Source: Camelus ferus
Taxonomy: Eukaryota
DNA: 64,000 nucleotides
Direction: 5' to 3'
NCBI RefSeq assembly: GCF_009834535.1
Contig: NC_045696.1
Location: 89,282,001-89,346,000, forward strand
Shown piece by piece: positions 59,725 to 64,000 of the stretch (position 1 is its first letter; each line of letters starts with the position of its first letter). The position numbers were made by a program, and so were the translations under genes. Under the pieces are notes generated by a model. The model was not told where the DNA came from. It worked only from the letters and a program-made list of their open reading frames with translations, and ran no database searches.

Positions 59725-62700
59725 TAATTGTCTTACAAGCATGTTGGAAAGCATTGTTGAATATAATTAAGAAATTTCTCTTAAGAAGTTGAGGACTTTT
59801 TGACTGAAGATCAAGACCATTTTTCCATTCAAGAAGCCTGATGTGTGCCAGGCACTACGCTGGGTACTAAGGAATGTGACAAGGAAGGAGATGATGTTAT
59901 GCGCCCCCAGGATTCCAAGTTCAGCAGTGGAGACAGCCAAGCGCCCAAGTGACTAGGAGACAAGCTGGCAGGTGAGGGAGGCTGAGAAGGGTCAGAGGGC
60001 TCTGAGAAGGTAGTGGAGAAGGAGGCAAGGGCGTCCCCAGAGATGGGACATCTGCATCCACAGGATTAGAATGTTGACAGGCAGAGGAGGGGGAATTTCA
60101 GGCAGAGGGAAGCCATGAGTCAAGGCTTGAGAGTACAGAACATGCTGGGGAACAAGCGGTCAGATCCCCGTGTGTGGCAGGCGGAACAGCGCCCCCACCA
60201 AAAGACAGCCACCGCCCATCCCTGGAACCTGGGGGTCTGTTACATTACAGGGCAAAGGGGAATTCAGGTTGCTGATGAAATTAAGGTCGCTGACCAGCTG
60301 ACTTTAAAATAAAGAGGTTATCTGGGAGTATCCGGGTGGGTCCAGTGTAATCACTCGGTCCTTATAAGTGGAAGGGGGGGCAGGAGAGTCAAGGTCAGAG
60401 TGATGCAGCACAAGACTCATCTGTTGGCTTTGAAGATGGAAGGGGCCCCCTCTACAAGCTGGAGGAGGCAAGAAAATGAATTGTCCCCTACAGCCTCCAG
60501 AAAGGGATACAGCTCTGCTGACACCTTGATTTTAGCCCAGTGAGACCCATTTTGGATTTTTGGCCTCCAAGGCTGTAAGATAATACATTTGTGTGGTTTA
60601 AAGCCACTTAGTTTGTAGTCACTTGTTACAACAATGATAGAAAATGAATACACTGTTCCTGGAGGGGTTTTAGCAGACTGAGGCAGCCACTATCCTGAGC
60701 AGGTTGTAAAAAGTTAGACTTGGAAATCTGGGCCCGCTGTTATAGTTCTTCAGGTCTTTTCAAGAGAAGCTGGAAAACTGGATTCTTATATGAAAGGTCT
60801 ATTTTTTCAATGGCATCCAACTCAAACATCAAAATGAAATACAAACGACATGGACCAAACTCTACAGATCTGTGGGCTAGATCTGGCCTGCGAATCTCAT
60901 GCATTTGCTACGTCTGTTTTCTGTGCAGCAGCCAGCTGATGTGTTCTGGCACATCTGACACACGAATCATATTTTTAAAAAATCAAATTGAGTTCTGCAA
61001 TCTTTTGACCTTTGGTGCTGCATCTGGGAGTAGAAGAGTGAGCTTTTTCACATAAAGCATCTACGTAAATCGGAGCTGCTAGATTTTATCCATCTTGAAC
61101 CTTTCTTCAGGAATCAAAGCGTTTATCTCTGCAGTTTCCACCTGGTGAGCTGCCTTTTTAATTAAAATTGATAGACCTGAAGAAGCAACTGGCAGCCCAT
61201 TATGAAAGATTAGAAGGGGGAAAAAGAGTTCTTTAAGAAGGACTCATGGCACTGAGCTTACTTTAAGATATTCATAAAGCAACAAGATAGAAGTATTCCA
61301 GAAAGATTTACTAGGGAGCAGGAAGGCAAAAGGACATCTTTTCAAACATCAGTCTTTGGCAATTGCAGCAAAAGCAAGAGATGCTGGAGTGCTTTTAAAA
61401 GGCAAAAAAAATTTTTTTGCATTACAATATGAAAGCTAAAAAAATGGCTGAAGCTGTAAATAAAATTAGAAAACTCTCTCCCTAGAGAATGAAGCCTGGC
61501 CATGCACCGATCACAAGTTTTCTGAAATGTGTTGCTCCAACAACGAACCGAGTCACCAGACTGAAGGCTGGCCAGGAGTGTGAGGGGCAAAGCTAATTCA
61601 TCTCTGTAGCCCCTGAGCACAGAGGCCGCCCCGAATAACAGTTTCCTGGATTGATAAGTGTGTCAGAGAAACAGTGTGGGCCTGACACAATTCCATCTGA
61701 GTTGGCAGGCTACAGGGAACACTGTAAATATCCACTTTCCTCTGTGTAGACACAGCCAAAACGAATGTCATTATAATTTATTACCACCCCTGCCTTCTCT
61801 GGAGACACAATTTCATTGAGACGCTTTAGCTAATAGTTGGACCATTTGTAAAGTTCCCTGTTCCTCTCTTGACAGCTCCTGATTAACTTCCACAATTTGC
61901 CGGCGGTTTCTTCAGGCGACCAGGGGTTCGGAGATGCCCCTTCACCAGAAAGGCTGCAAAGTGGGAGCAAAGATGTTGAAAAGCTCACCTTCTGAAGCGT
62001 GTCGCTGACGGCCCTGAGCAGGTTTTGGGAGTGGCTGAGGCACTGGAACATTCCTGGGCCCGCTGTGGTTGTGGGGAGGCTCCTGGCCAAACTGAGGTGG
62101 TCCAGGTGAATTAGGAAGACCAGGGTGGCCATGAGGAAGAGGCCTGGAAGGGAATCAAGGGGCAGGCTGAACTGGCCTGCCTCTACCTTCCATCTGTTCT
62201 GGCCATTTCCACTCATCCACTTCTGGGCACCAAAATCCCTCCACCCCTTTCCAACCTCCTTCAACATCTGAGAGATGAATCAGGTTCTTGGAGGGCAGCG
62301 CTCTGTTCTAGGAGTGGAAGCCAACTCACTGTGACAGCTTCCTTGTGGGTTCGGACAAGGGTGTTGGACAGAGTTCACCCAGAAAAAAGTCTCCATTTCA
62401 AGAGGTGGGAAACTGAGGCCAGGGGTGAAGCGAATGGCCCAGACTCACCACCCAGTGTTTTGGAAACAGCCTCATTTTGAAGCCGGCTAGGAGCTACCCT
62501 TTTAGAACTGGAGCTGAGGGATCCTGGGCAAGAAAACATCCCAGCAGACCTCAGCTTCTCATCTGTGAAGTGGGCAAAATACTTAACTCACGGCGCAATT
62601 TCAAGATTAAAAGAGACAATGTCCTGTGGAGCGCATGGTGAGCACGCAGTCTTTCCGCGTTTCCTTCTCCTCTGCACGAGATTGCCGACCCTCTTCCAGT

Positions 62701-62812
62701 CTCCGCACAGCCGGCCCCAAGTTTCTGCCTCCTCTTCCCCGCCCCTCCCCACCCGAGCGCCGAGCGCCGAGCGCGAGTCTCGGGCTGGTTACTCACTGCG
62801 CGGTGGGCACAT
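56525..62812 (-). CDS. IL12A: Interleukin-12 subunit alpha (p35), 7 coding exons, 222 aa
   Basis: complement(join(56525..56680,58186..58329,58438..58479,58558..58599,59100..59213,61989..62143,62797..62812)) = 669 nt, GT-AG introns; MCPPRSLFLMATLVFLIHLDHLSLARSLP...CTSEEIDHEDITKDKTSTVEACLPLEL...FYKTKIKLCILLHAFRIRAVTIDRMMSYLNSS*. Confidence 0.99.
58186..58329 (-). CDS. IL12A: IL12A exon 6
   Basis: TLCLSSIYEDLKMYHMEFQAMNAKLLMDPKRQIFLDQNMLVAIAELMQ. Confidence 0.98.
58438..58479 (-). CDS. IL12A: IL12A exon 5
   Basis: HGSCLASGKTPFMT, 42 nt. Confidence 0.97.
58558..58599 (-). CDS. IL12A: IL12A exon 4
   Basis: NESCLASRETSLIT, 42 nt. Confidence 0.97.
58795..58932 (-). mobile_element. vic-1-like SINE in IL12A intron 3
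   Basis: aatggaggtactggggattgaacccaggacc...actgagctataccctcccc; flanks ccaca(c/t)ctgttttt. Confidence 0.88.
59100..59213 (-). CDS. IL12A: IL12A exon 3
   Basis: ARQTLEFYSCTSEEIDHEDITKDKTSTVEACLPLELAT. Confidence 0.98.
59672..59722. repeat. (CA)~25 microsatellite in IL12A intron 2
   Basis: Uninterrupted CA run. Confidence 0.97.
60170..60652 (+). mobile_element. MLT1D-like LTR in IL12A intron 2
   Basis: tgtggcaggcggaac...ggctttgaagatggaagggg...gctgacaccttgattttagcccagtgagaccc...gaaaatgaataca. Confidence 0.85.
61989..62143 (-). CDS. IL12A: IL12A exon 2 (signal peptide and mature N-terminus)
   Basis: LFLMATLVFLIHLDHLSLARSLPTTTAGPGMFQCLSHSQNLLRAVSDTLQK. Confidence 0.98.
62797..62812 (-). CDS. 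IL12A: IL12A coding exon 1 (MCPPR)
   Basis: AGCATGTGCCCACCGCGCA|GTGAGT on the minus strand. Confidence 0.95.
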
Positions 62813-62912
62813 GCTGAGCGGCGCTGCGGGGACACCGAGCTGGCAGTTGGACGAAGACGGATGGACGCCGCAGGTGAGGGCTGTGGTTGGGAGGCTGACC
62901 CAGAGGGTCACA

Positions 62913-62948
62913 TTTTTATAATTGCCTGAGGCGCGGCAGGACTTTCCC
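62913..62948 (-). promoter_or_regulatory. IL12A: IL12A proximal promoter: TATA box and NF-kB-type site
   Basis: Minus strand TATAAAAA (62913-62920) and GGGAAAGTCC (~62938-62948), inside a CpG island at ~62600-63320. Confidence 0.8.
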
Positions 62949-63105
62949 GGGACTCTGGTCTCTTGCTTTCTTTCTGTCTCTCTCTACATCAGCTTCTCGG
63001 TGACACGTGGAGTCTGGCCGCGGGGCTTGCGGCGCTTTCGGATTAACTCTATGGGCGCCCGGCCGCAGTCGTTCCGGGACGGCCCCGCCGCCTCCTGCCT
63101 GGCCC

Positions 63106-63121
63106 AAAACGAAAGTAAAAT
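63106..63121 (+). promoter_or_regulatory. IL12A: IRF/ISRE-like element upstream of IL12A
   Basis: AAAACGAAAGTAAAA, next to a GC-rich Sp1-like segment; same position as the ISRE I recall in the human p35 promoter. Confidence 0.6.
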
Positions 63122-64000
63122 TTCGCGCAAAGTCGCGGCACAGGGTCCCCGGGCAAGCCCGACACTTTGCCCTCCATCCTCGGACGCCCCCCGCCCCCAG
63201 CTATCCCGCCCCGCCGCCTTGCAGCGCCCTCTCCCGACGGAGGGCCGAGCATTGGCGCGCTCTCTCCATCAATATCCAGGATGTGCCCTGATTGTGACTC
63301 CCGCCTCGTTCTGGATGGGGGTGAGGAAATCATTCATTCAGCATTTATTTATTCAGATGATCCACGGTTCGCCAGGCCGACAGTGTGCCAGGTGCTGGGC
63401 ATTCAGCAGTGAACAGGTCACGCTGGGGCACTCCCACACCAAATCTGACTCAGTGTGCTTTGTTCACGGGTACCATCTTAAAGATGAAAAGAGATGAAAC
63501 CAGACTGGCTATGCAGTAACAACTCTTTTAGAGAATCCAGTTTCCTACAGTGTCCAGGAGAGAATCGTTACAATTTAGCGCAATGGATGTCCAGGGTCCT
63601 GGGAGGAGAAGCCAGAGAGAGGACACCTCAGCAGGAGTGATGGGGGTGAGGAAGCAGCAAAGGATCCCAGAAGCAGGGGGACTGCGACCTGAGTGCTAAA
63701 GGGTGAGTAGGCATTAGACTGCTTCCAGTAGGATGGGGTGCGGGTCCTAGGTTGGAGGAACAGAGATCAGAAGCACAGTCAGGGAAGGTAAAGGGGGGTG
63801 GCCATCTATGGGTCATGCTATCCGGGTGTGAGGTGGGAGAGGGTGATGGGGCTGAGCCTTGAGGGGACTGGATTCCATGCTAAGGAGTGTACATTCTGCT
63901 GAGGGTGGTGGGGCTCCTTCTAGGTTTTAGGCAGGAGATATGGTTAGATTTGTATGATAAAGAGATCTTTCAGCAGCAGTATGGAGGATGGATCCCAGGG

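Noticed and set aside
62565..63497. Plus-strand ORFs over the IL12A promoter
   Set aside because: CpG-island artefacts antisense to IL12A exon 1
1..64000. Prokaryotic systems (CRISPR arrays, operons, IS elements)
   Set aside because: The sequence is eukaryotic (spliceosomal introns, SINE/LINE/LTR repeats); no repeat-spacer array seen

Overview
Mammalian genomic DNA, most likely camelid (several copies of a tRNA-derived SINE resembling camelid vic-1, plus an artiodactyl-type IL-12 p35). There are two convergent genes. (1) IL12A on the minus strand, complete: 7 coding exons, 62812->56525, 222 aa, with its promoter and AU-rich 3' UTR. (2) A plus-strand gene I cannot name, reconstructed by hand from GT-AG junctions as 19 in-frame coding exons (16504..48551, 1608 nt, 535 aa, no internal stops), starting in a CpG island at about 16-17.3 kb. 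Its predicted protein has an acidic disordered N-terminus built from symmetric micro-exons, a CxxC motif, an NLRP1/CARD8-type FIIND (ZU5+UPA) keeping the His/Glu/Ser autoproteolysis residues (SSL|SPVG), a basic linker and a C-terminal death domain. This is a CARD8-like sensor layout with a death domain instead of a CARD, and it is the main candidate for an undescribed system. The rest is repeat-rich intergenic or intronic DNA (ERVL pol remnant, MLT1 LTRs, L1, L2, MIR, MER5, SINEs, microsatellites). Family assignments and comparisons come from recalled sequences; no database search was run.
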